Origin: Schmidtea polychroa
Lineage: Eukaryota
DNA: 64,000 nt
Assembly: GCA_044892525.1 (NCBI GenBank)
Contig: CM097886.1
Span: forward strand, 132,556,001 to 132,620,000
Direction of reading: 5' to 3'
Part shown: positions 22,932 to 36,558 of the stretch, in pieces
How the letters are laid out: every line of letters starts with the position of its first letter
Position numbering within the stretch: the first letter of the stretch is position 1
Made by a program: the position numbers and the translations under genes
Notes under the pieces: generated by a model
What the model was told of the DNA's origin: nothing
The model's database searches: none
What the model saw: the letters and a program-made list of their open reading frames with translations, nothing else

Positions 22932-23059
22932 AGGGTAATTGAGAGTGCGACCCCTCCTGGGTAAAACGGATATTGTAACATTGTGATGCCTAAATAAATA
23001 ATTTTCACCATCTGATGTGTATGTAGTTGAATCTTATGATTGTTGAAATTCGTCTTTTT

Positions 23060-24158
23060 TTACATGACAAAAAAAATATTTACAGAGCTTACCGATACTA
23101 GATGGTTACTAATGTTAATGTTCTTAACTGATTTTACTATACATTTGAATGAATTAAACAAGAAACTTTTTAGCACTCACCCTTTTGATACAGTATCATC
23201 GTTGATCACTCAACGGGTATCAAGCGGAGAAACATTCGTTTGTATTCTGGGTTACGCTGGATACAGCGCGAATAGGGAAAATGAGTGCTTGCCTGTAACC
23301 CACCAAAAACTTCAAATGGAAAATAATGAAAAACTGAAGGAATAAGGTGTGTGTTTCTTGTTTAGTCTCAACCGGATTGGGACCAAATCCTTTTAATAAA
23401 TTTTGATCATGCATTCCACTCTTTAAAACCGATAGAAACGGCCCTTCTATGTGAATTCTCACTTAGTATTTTATAGGTCTTCGACAATATTCCATTTTTT
23501 GACACAACAAGTGTTGGACAGAAACCTGTCACGCCGAATTTAACGAGATTCTTACTAACTACTTTTAAACTAGTTTCAAGCTCCTGTGATAAATCGGAAA
23601 AGTTATATCTGTATCCACCATTAATCTGAATATCGATGAATCCTGGAGATAAAATTGGACTCTGACTATCTTTAACGACATCAGGAGCTCATTTGTCGAC
23701 ATAAAACTGCTCTGAATCTTGAATAGCGCCATCTCTGATCCATAAATCATCCACAATAATTTTGGAATTCAAACAGAGAGAGCAATTAGTAAATTTAATA
23801 AATTGATTTGAAAAAGAAAATTGATGGAAATCTTCAATTTTGTTAACTATCATTACCAAAGTTATTCAGAGTAGGAAAATATTTTCTAGTAAATTATTTT
23901 ACATATATGTATAGTAAAATACACTCAGTTCCACAAGCAAATTCAAAAACAAATATTTTAGCTAAATTCTATATTTTTAAATTCTACACAACTTCCAATT
24001 CAAAGAAGAAATTAATAAATTTAAACAAATCAAAAAAACATAAAATTTTCGAAAAATCTCAAATCAAAGTAAATTAATTATTATTCTTCAACAGTGTGCA
24101 ATGAAAAATTTCAGATAAGGTCAATGTGCCATGAGCTAAAAAAGGTTGAGAACCACTG
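23060..24158 (+). mobile_element. Fragments of a Buster/Charlie-type hAT element
   Basis: ELTDTRWLLMLMFLTDFTIHLNELNKKL (GTF2IRD2-like) and a terminal ggttgagaaccactg at 24144-24158. Confidence 0.45.
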
Positions 24159-25795
24159 CGCTAGAAGTTGCAACATTATTATTTATGTAAGTGTGATGAA
24201 AATAACCACATAAAAACAAACAAAGGTGATTCCAGATGGATTTCAGTTCGAGTCCTCACTGACAACGACACGCTGCTAGTCAACAAGCAAGTGACCGAGC
24301 CGACGAAGAAGTTTTTACACCCCAATCGTTGCCCGCTCACCTGCCTACTCATAGATTATAACTATACGATTTTACTATTATAAAAGGTTATCAGAGAGTC
24401 ATTACTTATGCTTCAAAATATAAAAATATACAATACTACTATTATAGAAAGTTATTAGAAAATCATTAATTATATAGCAAAATACTCAACAAGGGAGAAC
24501 AAACTATTAAAATTTTAAATGATTTTAATTTTAACATAAAATTACATGGAATTATAGACCAAATATAAAAATTTTAATTTACAAAATTACCAATAATGCT
24601 CCACAGGTTCAAAAATAATATAAATGACTGAATTCGCCACTGGCAATTTAAATTCTCCTCTTGAATAAATGTCGAGATTTGAGGAGCACAAAAAATTTCT
24701 TCTAGAAATAGTCGTGCGATTCAAACTTAACTTGAATAGTCGTAAGATAACTCTGAGAATGGGAAGTAATGGATCTTTGAAAAATGAAACTAAGTCCAGA
24801 GTTTGAAAATAAGTGGTTTAAATTAGTTGCCAAATACTTCGGTTAGCAAAAAATGGTTGATAATATGTAATGAGAAAAGACAGTAAAATTGTTTTTTGAC
24901 TGAAAAAGTGGATAGAAGTGGATAACTGTGGAAAATAAGTGTTTTTGTGGCTTCTGAGAGACCCGTATATATACTTTTTGGTCTTGTTTTTTTCAACCAA
25001 TCACAATCGAGATTGTGTGTTTTTGGTTTTATTCTTTTAAATTAAATTAAATTAAATTATTTTAATTAATCATTTAATTTTTTCTTTTTTTTGCTTGGTT
25101 GACTGATCGCCTTTTTATACTAATTTTATTTGATAAATAAAATAGTATTTTTTGCTATTTTTGTGTCTTTTCCACGATTTTTGTTATTTTCTTGTCTTTA
25201 AAATGTGCTTCCTGTGCAACTGCTAACATTTATTATTTTATTATTCTTGATTTTAATTATTTCTATTTTTGTTTTATTTTATCTTATTTGATGTTTTTAC
25301 TAGATTTTAATTATTCTTCTTGCTTTTTCTTTGCTGTATGGGTTCTCTCCGTTACCTCTTAGTTCATCAAGTAAAAATAAAGAGAAAAGAAATTTTTTTT
25401 AAAAGAGTAGTTTGATTCTCAGCCCAACACAAGTAATTTTTTATATATTATTTAAATAATAATAATATTAATAATATTCAGGTCCGTATGAAAGTAATAG
25501 CTGCTTTTTCAGAATTCTTGGTATTAAAAATTTGCAAAATTCGCTGTTGAAAAAAAAATTTTATTAATATTTTAAAATATAATCAAATATGATCACATTT
25601 TTTTAGACACTTTGTAGCTTTATATATGCAAGGTAGATACAATCTGATTAGAAAATTCCATTCTCATAGATTTACTCGATAAACTGAATATTGTTTCGCA
25701 ATTTGGAGCAAATTTGTTATGTAATACTGACAAACTGTGAAAAAAATTTCTATTTGAACTCATTACAATAATTCCAATACAAAATCTGTCAAAAA

Positions 25796-26206
25796 ATGCT
25801 TATTAGAAATTCATTGATGCGCTCAGTTACAATTTTCCTTCTGCTATCCTCACTCACCGTCAATAGGTGGAAGTGTGAACAAAACATAAAGATTTTGTGT
25901 TTATTGGAATGGAGAAGTTTATTTTCCATATATTCGTCGACCAGTTTAACAATTGCTTCACTTGTACTTCTCGTCATGGAGTTAATCTTTTTGGTGACAA
26001 GCGTCATTGATATTTGCCTCAATTGGGATTTTAAAGGTTCGGGAAATACATTTTTCATTATAGTAGCCGGAATTTTATTGGTATCAGCGATGAGACAGTT
26101 CGAAATGGATCTTCAAGATTGGATGTTCACATTGAGTTTCTCAACAGCCGTTTGCAGCACTCAGTGCTTCATTTCCCAAATCAAATTCAAATTTGTCATA
26201 AAATAG
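25796..26206 (+). CDS. Small four-TM protein, paralog 1
   Basis: 136 aa, four hydrophobic spans, Arg in TM1, CE..C loop, Glu in TM2, DW before TM4. Confidence 0.65.
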   Translation: MLIRNSLMRSVTIFLLLSSLTVNRWKCEQNIKILCLLEWRSLFSIYSSTSLTIASLVLLVMELIFLVTSVIDICLNWDFKGSGNTFFIIVAGILLVSAMRQFEMDLQDWMFTLSFSTAVCSTQCFISQIKFKFVIK

Positions 26207-26554
26207 TCTTTAAATTGGAAAAACTATCAAATAAAAATTTTAGAAATTTTTCCCTGATTCCATCTGTAAATATGTTGAATATAGATTTAAATTTTATGTC
26301 TCATCTTTTGTTTTATTAAACATTTAATTTGTTTTGAATATATTATTAGTTATGATTGGTCGGATATTAAATAAATAAGTATTTATATTATAATTATTTT
26401 TATAATTGATTTCTTAGATTGATTTGTTGAATTAATTAATTTTAATTAAAAATAAAATAAATTTTTTTTACAGTAATTATGAATAAAAACAAACTAGTCT
26501 TGAAAAGATAAATTAAGATGAAGCGCAAAGTGCGGGAAGGGTCAAACAAAAATA

Positions 26555-26767
26555 TACGGCCTAGATACGTTCCAGGAAAGTTGGCCGCAAAGCGAAACGC
26601 CGCATAACGAATCAAATATTTTGATACAATTCCATATAAATTTCACACTTTTTTTGGCCGTATAACGAAACATTTTAGGCCGTAAATCGAAAAAGTGCCG
26701 TAATTAAAGTAGGCCGTTATAGCGAAAAGCCGTATAAAGAGCAGCCGTATAGCGAGGTATGAGTGTA
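26555..26767. mobile_element. 5'-truncated copy of the TA-flanked MITE at 44164
   Basis: Near-identical to 44183-44395. Confidence 0.85.
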
Positions 26768-27804
26768 TTTAAATATTTATTGAAATTGTCAAAAATTTAA
26801 AAATAAAACAAAAATTAATTAATTTCTTATAAAACTTTAAGTAATTTGTACAAAATGTTGAGAAACTGTCATTATGTGACAAATATGAAGGCAAATTTTG
26901 AATAAAATATGATTATTGAAAGGACCATGAAAACACCATAAGAGACCAAAAAATAGAGATAAAACTAAATTACAAAATTGAGATAAATACACAGTAAAAT
27001 TATTGTAATTTTAAAAACCTTGATGCAAAAAAACCCTTCATAAATAAATTATATTCGATGTCTATTGTTTTTCTGGAACACTTCGGATGACTCAATTTTA
27101 AAAATATTATTGAGAGTAATTCCTTAAATATAAGAAGCGTAAGGTACAAAGCCTTTCCAAGGCCATATGGCGCCATAAGGACTTTCTCCAAAAACATTTC
27201 TCCAGAAATATTATTTTATCAGAAAGATTATTGCTTTAAAAGAATTTGTATTTTTGTTTCTAAATTTTGGTGCCCTTAGCAACTGTCTATATTGTTTTTG
27301 CCAGGAACCGACTCTGGTAAGGAATAAAGATCAAATGTAATTTCTACGGTTATTCTTCAAAAATCCAACAAATTTAAAATATTTCTGCAAATTTACAACT
27401 ACTCTATTTATAATACAAGTCTCCTTGATTAGTCAAAATTAAAAATATTCATTATATATTTGTGATCTGATTCCTCCCCCCCCCCCCATTTTTTTAAAAT
27501 CAAAACCTAAAATATAAGGCTAAATTGGTAAAGGTTTTTTTTAATTTAGTTAAGTAATTCCATTGAAATATATTGCAATGCTTTCCAAACTTCTATTGAT
27601 GACTCTATAGGTCCTCGTAGCAGTTCGAACTAAAAGCCTTCATAAAGAGCAGTTAAAATCTCTCATTCAAGGTAGCATCAATTAACAAATATATATTAGC
27701 AATGACAACCTTTCTGCAGCCTCCTTCCCATTATTAAATTATATGTAGAACAAATATTTAAAAAAATAAAATGATGCATGAATGATTTATTAATAAAAAT
27801 TAAT

Positions 27805-28248
27805 CTAAATAATCTCTGAAGGTATTTCTTGGAATTCCACATTTGAATGCTTTATAGAGCAGACTTTTCTAAACTTTATGCTGCTCATTAGGGTCATAGA
27901 AGTCGACACGATGCCCGAGAATGTTAACGCAGGTGCCCAATTTGGTGTTTCATATTGAATAAGAATGGATGCGTACATAACAGAACCAATTCCGCCAACT
28001 ATCAGCAAAGTCCGTCGGAGAATCTGAATCCATTTGAAGTTATTGGTGATTTTCCGAAATTTCAAAATGACCAAAACCGTTTCCCCCAGGAATACCAGCG
28101 CTAGGAATATCAGTGAAAAAATATTCCTATTTATTAATTTCAATTCCTTTGATTGACATAAACTAATAGAAATCGTTGACGTCAAAAGTGACAAAATAGA
28201 TATTCGCATCAATAAACTGTTGATAATCATTTTTTCAATCAATAACAA
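27805..28248 (-). CDS. Small four-TM protein, paralog 2 (likely ATG 28230)
   Basis: LMRISIL..., LGETVLVI, GGIG, NW before TM4; same layout as paralogs 1 and 3. Confidence 0.65.
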   Translation of the reverse strand: MLLIEKMIINSLLMRISILSLLTSTISISLCQSKELKLINRNIFSLIFLALVFLGETVLVILKFRKITNNFKWIQILRRTLLIVGGIGSVMYASILIQYETPNWAPALTFSGIVSTSMTLMSSIKFRKVCSIKHSNVEFQEIPSEII

Positions 28249-28680
28249 TTTTAGAAAAAATTAATGAATTTTTATTCTTGTGCCAATTGATAGAAACAAA
28301 AGATTACGCAATAACAGCACGATAATTCTGAGTTCATTCGTATTCGTTGATACGATGATTGAATTGCGCAATATGATGNNNNNNNNNNNNNNNNNNNNNN
28401 NNNNNNNNNNNNNNNNNNNNNNNNNNNNNNNNNNNNNNNNNNNNNNNNNNNNNNNNNNNNNNNNNNNNNNNNNNNNNNNNNNNNNNNNNNNNNNNNNNNN
28501 NNNNNNNNNNNNNNNNNNNNNNNNNNNNNNNNNNNNNNNNNNNNNNNNNNNNNNNNNNNNNNNNNNNNNNCAATTTATTTAAAATTTACTAAAAATAAAA
28601 AGCGATCTATGAAAAGATAAAATTGCAACAATAATATTATTATATAATTTCAACTCTGTATCATTTTTTCATTATTTCGC

Positions 28681-29091
28681 ATGTTTTGTGGAGCAATTCT
28701 GATCCGCGTGTCCGCATTTCTAGTTTTACTATATTCCTTGATTTTAGTATCGAAATCTTGCGAAGGATCCAAACTTGTTTCATGCTATTTCCGTTCGGAA
28801 AACATCTCAATCCATCAAATAATCATCTGGCTGGTTTTCACATCAGTGAGTCTGCTATTTGTCGAAACGATTCTTGTCATTGTCAATTATTTCATTGTTG
28901 AGGAGAGGCGAAAAATTTCTGGACATATTAATTCGGTAATTTTGTTTATTGGAATGGGATTTTGTCTGGCTGGAGGTTTCATGTTGAAACCGAAAAATTC
29001 TGATTGGGGATTCATTTTACACGCCGGGGCTTTGATTTCAGCCCTCCAATTCGTTCTCTTCTGTACCAGATTGAAAATGACTCGGTTTTGA
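28681..29091 (+). CDS. Small four-TM protein, paralog 3
   Basis: LIRVSAFL, SCEGSKLVSC, FVETILVI, SDWGF; 136 aa. Confidence 0.7.
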   Translation: MFCGAILIRVSAFLVLLYSLILVSKSCEGSKLVSCYFRSENISIHQIIIWLVFTSVSLLFVETILVIVNYFIVEERRKISGHINSVILFIGMGFCLAGGFMLKPKNSDWGFILHAGALISALQFVLFCTRLKMTRF

Positions 29092-29840
29092 GGCCTCAGA
29101 TTTCGAGAAAATAAATTTGCATTTTGATTTGTTTTAATAAACTATAAATTTGTTTTGTGTTAAATTTATTTGTAAATGAATTAGAAGTTTTGTCAAAATA
29201 CCCCTTCCGAAACTTTACATTTTCCCAGTAAAAGAAATGCTAGTTAAATAAATACATAACGAAATTAAATTAAAACAATATTAAATAAAAAATTATCACA
29301 AGGTCACACTTATAGATGGAAAAACCTTTATAAGTTTTAAATGATTATTTGATAATATCTTAATGATTTTATTTATCTTCATTACGACTATAGATAAATG
29401 TTTTTTTTATTTTCTTTAATTAATATAAATTTTCGGCAATGCTTTTTTAAATCCTATTTTGTCTGTTTGGGTTTCCCATAAAAGAATGGACTTTTTCTTT
29501 ATGGATTTCTAACTATTTTGCTATTGTTTCAATTTGATTTCACTATAGATGAGATTGCCATAAACATTTACCTAGAATCATCTAGCATAACTGTCAAATG
29601 TTGTCAAAACCATTCAATTTCATGGATATTTTGAACCGGAAATTAATTTTTATCATTGACTGTAAAATGATCCTTTTAACATTCCAAACGTCGCAAAAAG
29701 CGATTATATTACAAGTCTAACAATTTGCATTAAATTACATTACGTTTCATAAACACAAATGTTTCATTTGACAAATCTCACATCGTAAAATTTTTATATA
29801 ATAAATGAGATTTCGGAACTCTTGAAAATAATTTTGCAAA

Positions 29841-30422
29841 ATGATTTTGGAACTTTTTGTGATATTCATTCTACCCACCCTCAATGGACAATATTATAGG
29901 ATCACCGATAATACTTGTTTCTATAACAAATGCACCATTTATAGTTACAATTTCCACAGATATAAGTTAAATTTTACCTTTACAGGAATCGAGAGAAGAC
30001 CTTGCTTTCGATTGAATTGCAATAAATGTTTTCTGAAAGGCGAATGGAATCTTAGAACCTTCTTGTCAACGGGGAATCTTATACGAGAAGCTGAATACTG
30101 CGAGATAGATAATAAAAGTGGGTTGCACGACTTATTTCCCAACTCAATTTCAACAATATCAGAAATACAATGCCTCAATTACAGTTGCACGATACCCATT
30201 TATAAAACATATAATTCGGTTCTCTATGTGACAGAACTGATAAAATGTGATGATTTCTTCTGTAGGAATTGTCACACTTCCAGCTTATGGCGGCAATATT
30301 TTGGAAAAAGTAATACTATTGAAAGATATGTTCTTAATTGCAATGCTACTACTAGATTTGATCCAACTCATATTACCCATTTGACAGGTATTTATTTCAT
30401 TTATCTTTTAATTATTTTCTAA
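29841..30422 (+). CDS. Cys-rich surface protein with two tandem 6-Cys domains
   Basis: Signal peptide-like N-terminus, two Cx4C...Cx4Cx2C...W...C repeats, hydrophobic C-terminal tail. Confidence 0.8.
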   Translation: MILELFVIFILPTLNGQYYRITDNTCFYNKCTIYSYNFHRYKLNFTFTGIERRPCFRLNCNKCFLKGEWNLRTFLSTGNLIREAEYCEIDNKSGLHDLFPNSISTISEIQCLNYSCTIPIYKTYNSVLYVTELIKCDDFFCRNCHTSSLWRQYFGKSNTIERYVLNCNATTRFDPTHITHLTGIYFIYLLIIF

Positions 30423-30999
30423 GATTTATGGATCACTGTTGATCCCGCACCCTTTGGGTAAAGGGCAAATGTACCCAAATAAACTAATAACTATGCAAGC
30501 TCAACTTTCAAAAAACTTACCTTAACACAGTGACATAGCGATGGAACATTACCCCCTAAACCACATTTATTATATATTTGCTTAAAACTAGATTTATGAG
30601 AGAAATTAACCGTAAAAATAGGTATACTTAATTCAATATGCGAAATGAGGGAGTTGGTAGAGGAGAGTAATTAATATTTACTTATATTTCATGACGTATC
30701 TAAAAACTAACATATATTCAAAAAATAATAAATCAGTGTTATATATATATATATATTTAGCAATAGAATTTTAAATGAGTCAAATTGGCTCAGTCCGTAA
30801 ATCTAGTGTTAATTGCATAACATAGCAAATCCACTACAACAAGTCAACTAAATCTAAAAATTTTGAAATTGCGTTTTAAAGAAAATAATTTTCCTAACAC
30901 CTAACAATTGCAAACTTTCCCTTAGGGATCATTGCATAATTACGTCACGCCAAAAATGACCATTTGAAATATTGATCAACCGATGCGGGACCACAGTGG

Positions 31000-31790
31000 G
31001 TTTTATTGAAAAATAAACCCTACATATTCTTGTTGCTCTAATGTTAAACCGTTATGTTATACCATTCCTGTTGGTCTTCTTTAGCATCCAGAATGAGTAC
31101 TTATTGATATATATCATTTCAATAAATCTTTTGATGATATCAAATTGAATCTGGAAATTCTTACAAAATTTTGATGTAATTTTCTTTTGATGCAATTAAA
31201 TTTATAAGGCTAAAACCTCTTTCAACTTCTGAACTGATAATAGCAATTGTGCTTGCTATTTTTTAGCCCTTAAAATTGAATTAGGTAACTGAACATTTTT
31301 CAGTTGTTTGTTTGCGTTTATAAAGTCACGAAAATCATTCACATCTACTTGAAACTTTAAAATTTCACATAATTTTCTAACCATTTCTTCGCCTTCTAGC
31401 CATGGTGACATAATTTTATCTAATGACCAGGTAGGAGGATCTAAAATCTGGAAGAGCTGCACAAATTTTTCATAGTTATCAGTGTCATTGTTCTCATTCT
31501 TATCCTCATCCATATTTATATGACTAGCCGATAAAAGTCTTACTTTCATATTTTTTGCCACACTATCTAATAATTGGTCTCTCGGAAGAGCTATAAATTT
31601 ATTATTGTAATCAAATGGTATGCATTTGAACTCATTTGATGAAATTAAATTATGAACTATTTTTTCGTAGACACCAAAATTATTATTCTTGTGTAGTGCT
31701 TATTTTTTCTGTTTATTTTTTAGGTTTAAGGGGTAATTTAACAAGCGTCTCGCGCGAGCCTGACCGAGCCGGCTCCAGCCCACCCCTGAT
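31000..31790 (-). mobile_element. hAT (ZNF862-like) remnant with one terminus
   Basis: SSEVERGFS dimerisation motif near 31230; terminal cagggg tgggctggagccggctcgg on minus from about 31790. Confidence 0.55.
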
Positions 31791-33086
31791 TATACAGATA
31801 TTTTTCATTCGATATATAGATTGTAACATTATCAGACGAGATAAAAATTTTATTAAGTTTTTAAAATTTTAAACATTTAAAAAAAGTTTTTTAAATATAT
31901 ATAAAGAAAGAAATTCTAAGACTTAAATTTTTGAACTTTTTACCTTGGAGACTTTCAACCCCTGTACCCTATGGTCCAATATGTTTTCCATAATGGTACC
32001 TATATTTTAAATGAAGTTAGAGAAGAAAATGACATATAAAATTTTTTAAATCATTGAAGGTTTTGACAAGCCATGGTTGAATCCTTAAAAATGAAAAGTG
32101 CACACAAGTTTACACACACAAAATTGTGACCATAAATGTTTACCCTTATATTTCAAGTAATTCAAAAAGTTCTTTGTTAAGTGGATAGATACGTTTTTTT
32201 AATGTTTGTTTTAAAATACTAAAGGAGGTCTTTGTTCTTAGATAGAAAAATTTTTGACAAAAAGTATGAGTCATCAATGATGAGTTAGCCTTTGTAAAAT
32301 GGCCATAGTCAAATTTTTGAAGTCCTATTTTTAAATACTAGAGATTAAAAAGATTTCTGTTATAAATACTTAGAAAATATTTGAATAAAAGTATGACTCA
32401 TATGACGACGCGGTGTCTTTGTAAAATGGACATAACCAAATATTTGACAAAAATATGACTTTTCACTTAACATTCAAACTTCAAGCATGTGTGAGTCGTA
32501 CGATAAGTCATAACAAAAGAGCATCGACATTAATCTTTTAATATTCAACTAATATATAATTTGTACAAAAATATGTGATGATTCTAAAACAAAATCTTTT
32601 CGACATAATCTCAAATCAACTAAATAGTTAAACAGCTATACCAGCAGTAATAACTTCTTACTGTGAGGTATAAAATTCCTTTATAGATTACTACATAGGA
32701 GCATTTAATGTAATATATTGAATTGACAGTCACATTCCAATGACCAATTGATGTACACCACAATAAACCAATTACTTTACCACGAATAGGACCAATTACC
32801 TTGTCCTACAGTGAACCAATTGTTGAATTCCGCACCGGATCAATTGTATGTCCTATAGTAGTACAATTACCTTGTTCAACACAGGAATAATACATACAAA
32901 TAATACATTGGATCATTCACAGTGTCTTCCGTTGGAACATCAATATGAAATTTGCATACACACACTAATTCGATGGACAAAATGTCACATTTCAAAAAAT
33001 ATCAATCAAATATCAATCTACTTTCTCGAACAACAATGAAATTATTACTAACGTATCCAAATTTTTTTCAATTTATGTCATTAGAC

Positions 33087-33349
33087 TAGTGTTTCTCAGA
33101 CTTTTCTCGCTCGCGGCACACGTGCCCAAAAATCAAATATTTTTACAAATTTTTTGACTTTCCAATGTTTATACTAATTAAAAATGATTACGAGAGATTT
33201 TTATAAGGTAATAAAGACAATTCTTTGTAATTTTGATCCGCAGAAGCGACTTTTTCATAGTAAAAAGCTTGATATAGTTTTTGTAATTTTTTCTATTACC
33301 AACTTTTTTGGGAAAAAAAGTCTCACGGCACACTTTTTGAGAAGCACTG
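33087..33349. mobile_element. Buster-type hAT MITE with 8-bp TSD
   Basis: tagtgtttctcaga...tgagaagcactg termini, flanked by cattagac at 33079-33086 and 33350-33357. Confidence 0.85.
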
Positions 33350-33826
33350 CATTAGACAGTTACAATCTATATATAGATTGTAATATTACCACATGAGACT
33401 AAAATTTTATCCAAATTGTTCAATTTATCAAAATCTAAGGATAATCCCAACAACATCATATAGTGGTCCCGCACACTCCGCTTCTTCCGATGGAGGCTAT
33501 TGTAATGTTGAAATGGACTAATTTAAAGAAAATTAATTAAAAATTAAAAAATCACTTTTTATATATGGGTTTTTATTTATATACAATAAATGTTATTATT
33601 TGTTTTGTATTCTTCACAAAATTTGGTTCCACTAACTTTATTATTTCTATGCGAGTCTATGAACCTTTGGCCTTACCACGTATTTTTGATATACCTTTAA
33701 AATGCATTGATCCAATTGAAAGAGGAGTTAACCACGACTTTCTGTGATTCTCAAATTTTATGAATTTTTATTTTTTGGACAAATTATTAGAAAGTCGATT
33801 TTATTTTTTATAATTCAGATAAAGAA

Positions 33827-34333
33827 TTGATAAACGAAAGAAATGATGTCAGCTGTGAATATTGGCAATGCAAAATATTCCGATATCAGCTCTATTTTGA
33901 TGGGATCAGCTACAGTTTACAGAAAAGTTTCTTATCAAACTGTCAGTCATCATCGTGTTATAACTGCAGATATAAAGGAGAATGGACTTTATTAGAATTA
34001 AAGGGATATTACATTTTACAAAGAAAGACTTACTTTTGCTCAATGGAGCCTACAAAATTTATAATTGAAATGTTTCCGGAATCTTACTCAACAGTAACGG
34101 ATATTGAATGCCAACATCACAAGTGTCAAAAAACATTATATAAACAATCTCCTATTTCCATAATAAAAATATACATGGGCGAATGTCAAATGTCAACGAT
34201 CTGTGAAAACTGTAATTATGTCAGTTCCTGGAATCAAACTTTAAACAATATAATTCTTTTAACAAGAGAGTCATATTTATGTCCTGAAATCGAAAATATA
34301 AATATGGCAGATTTTTTCATTGTTCCTGGTTAA
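33827..34333 (+). CDS. Paralog of the 6-Cys two-domain protein (exon probably begins at the ttcAG near 33818)
   Basis: Same Cys/Trp spacing; linker MFPESYSTVTDIEC vs LFPNSISTISEIQC; hydrophobic ORF 33565 may supply the signal exon. Confidence 0.75.
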   Translation: MINERNDVSCEYWQCKIFRYQLYFDGISYSLQKSFLSNCQSSSCYNCRYKGEWTLLELKGYYILQRKTYFCSMEPTKFIIEMFPESYSTVTDIECQHHKCQKTLYKQSPISIIKIYMGECQMSTICENCNYVSSWNQTLNNIILLTRESYLCPEIENINMADFFIVPG

Positions 34334-34837
34334 AATTTTTTATTTTTGGTTGACCTAATTGCCAATTAAGAGTTTCAAAGTCACATCCCTATAACTACTA
34401 CCCCATTGTTCCCACCTAAAGGTAATTTGAATTATATTATTTTAACTACATTTTAGGTTTTATGAAACAAATATTTACAAATCTCTAGCTCGGGTCAGCT
34501 CGGCCTCATATTTTTTATTTTATATTGTTGCCAATATAAATAATCTCAAATCAAAGCCACGTCACAAATTTTCAGAAGAAGCTTTGAGATTTGTCAATCC
34601 TTTAAGGATACAATTAAGAATTTATTTTTAAACATAATTATATTGATAATTGTACGATGACATTTAAACAATCTTGGAATTATGAAAGAGCTAAAAATCA
34701 AATTTAGGGAATTTATTCATTATCCACTTTTGATTGAAAATAATCTTAAATGTGATGATTCGTTTCGGTGTATTCAAAACATATTTCATTCAGATAAATA
34801 CTTAAAAATTACTTTGCAAAACCTTTCCTCAATATTA

Positions 34838-36558
34838 CCGGATAGTCTCTAAAGTAAGACCACTCGAAAGTAAGGCCATGGTCTTACTTTCGAGTGGTCT
34901 TACTTTCGAGACAAATAAAATTGATTTCCATTAAAAAATTATATATCCATATATATATATATATATCCATTATATATCCAAAATTTTTATATCCATATGA
35001 CAAATACAAGACGATCATATACAGTTAAGTTTAAGCTGGATATACTTGAACGCTTGATTGTGAACAAGGGAAACATCAGTAAGACGGCACGTGAAAACAA
35101 TATAACATCCAAAATGTTGCGTGATTGGTTATACCAGAAGGATACTCTTTTGAGCGTAACCAGGAAAAATGTACTAAAGAAAGTGGGATGTGGAAGAAAA
35201 GCCGAATTTCCAGAATTGGAAAAACTTTTGGTTGAATATGTTAAATTCGAAAGGATGGTTTTCAAACGAGCAGTTTCCGTGTACCTTTTGAGACAAAAAG
35301 CAATGGAATATATAACTGCAAACAATTTGTCGCTTGTATTAAGTCAATGTTGGGTTCATAATTTCTTTAGAAGAAACAATCTATCCTATCGTAAAATAAC
35401 AAGCATTGGACAACAGGATAATCGAAGTCATTCCGAGATAAAGGAAATAATTACAAACCATTTAGAAAAAGTGAAAATTTGCCAAATGTATGATGAAAGT
35501 AATATTTATAATATGGATGAAACACCCATTTATATAGATACTATGTCATCAAAGACTATAACTACCAAAGGTGAAAAAAAATGTCGAAGCAAAGGGAACT
35601 GGGCACTGCAAAACACGTTTTTCAGTCGTGCTACTTATTTCAGCCAATGGAAAACTTCATAGAACTCTTGTGATTCTTAAAAAATTGCGTAAAGTTCCCA
35701 AATGCTTTATTCCAAAAAATCTAATGGTAATTACATCTGAATCTGGAACGATGACAACGGAAATAATGAAAACGTGAATCCAAAATTGTTTTCCATGCGA
35801 TAATATTTTTGGGCAAAACAGGAAAGCTGTAATTATTTTTGATAAGTTTAGTGCACATACAAGAAATGAAGTTACAGATCTTTTCACTCGACTTAATGTG
35901 AAAACAATTGAAATTCCGGAAAAAACAACTGCATTTTTACAGCCTCTTGATGTTGTTATTAATTTTATTTTTAAAAACGAATATAGAAAAAGATGGTCGG
36001 AATGGATGGCAAATGGGGATGCAAATTTCACTAAAATGGGATACAGGCAGAAACCCTGTTGGGAAATTATATTCAAATGGGTATCTGAATCGGTTGATCA
36101 AATAAAGACCGAGAGTATACAAAAGGCATTTGTTTGTTGTGGCATTTTTGGGGTTAATCAAGACTATAACGGGGATTTGTTTAATAACAATCTTAAACAA
36201 AAATTGATAGGTGTGGAAGCAGACGATGGTTTTGTTGTGGAAGAAGAATTATCGGAAGAGAAGGAGTATGTTGATTTTGGTGAATAAAAATGAAATCATG
36301 TTTCATTAAAAACACTGTGAATTCATATTCTATGTTTTACCTTTATTTATGTTCTGTTAAAGTGTATTTTGTTTTACAATTTTATTTTTATGTCTTAATT
36401 TCCTCACATTTTTATTGATTTAACGAGGGCATAACAAGGGTTGGGGTATCATTCTCCACTCGAAAGTAAGACCGGTCTTACTTTCGATTTCTTTATTTCG
36501 CGTTGAAATCTATAAAAATTCGAAAGTAAGACCTGGTCTTACTTTTGAGACTATCCGG
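34838..36558 (+). mobile_element. pogo/Tigger-like DNA transposon, full length but disrupted
   Basis: TIRs ccggatagtctc(t/a)aaagtaagacca flanked by TA; BrkDBD-like RRSYTVKFKL, CENP-B HTH, DDE_1 motifs NMDETP, FDKFSAH, LQPLDV; frameshift in the A-run near 35575 and TGA at 35775. Confidence 0.9.

Noticed and set aside
32760-33040. Possible third 6-Cys paralog on minus (IQCIICMYYSC, QGNW)
   Set aside because: Fragments lie in different frames with many stops; Cys spacing not convincing.
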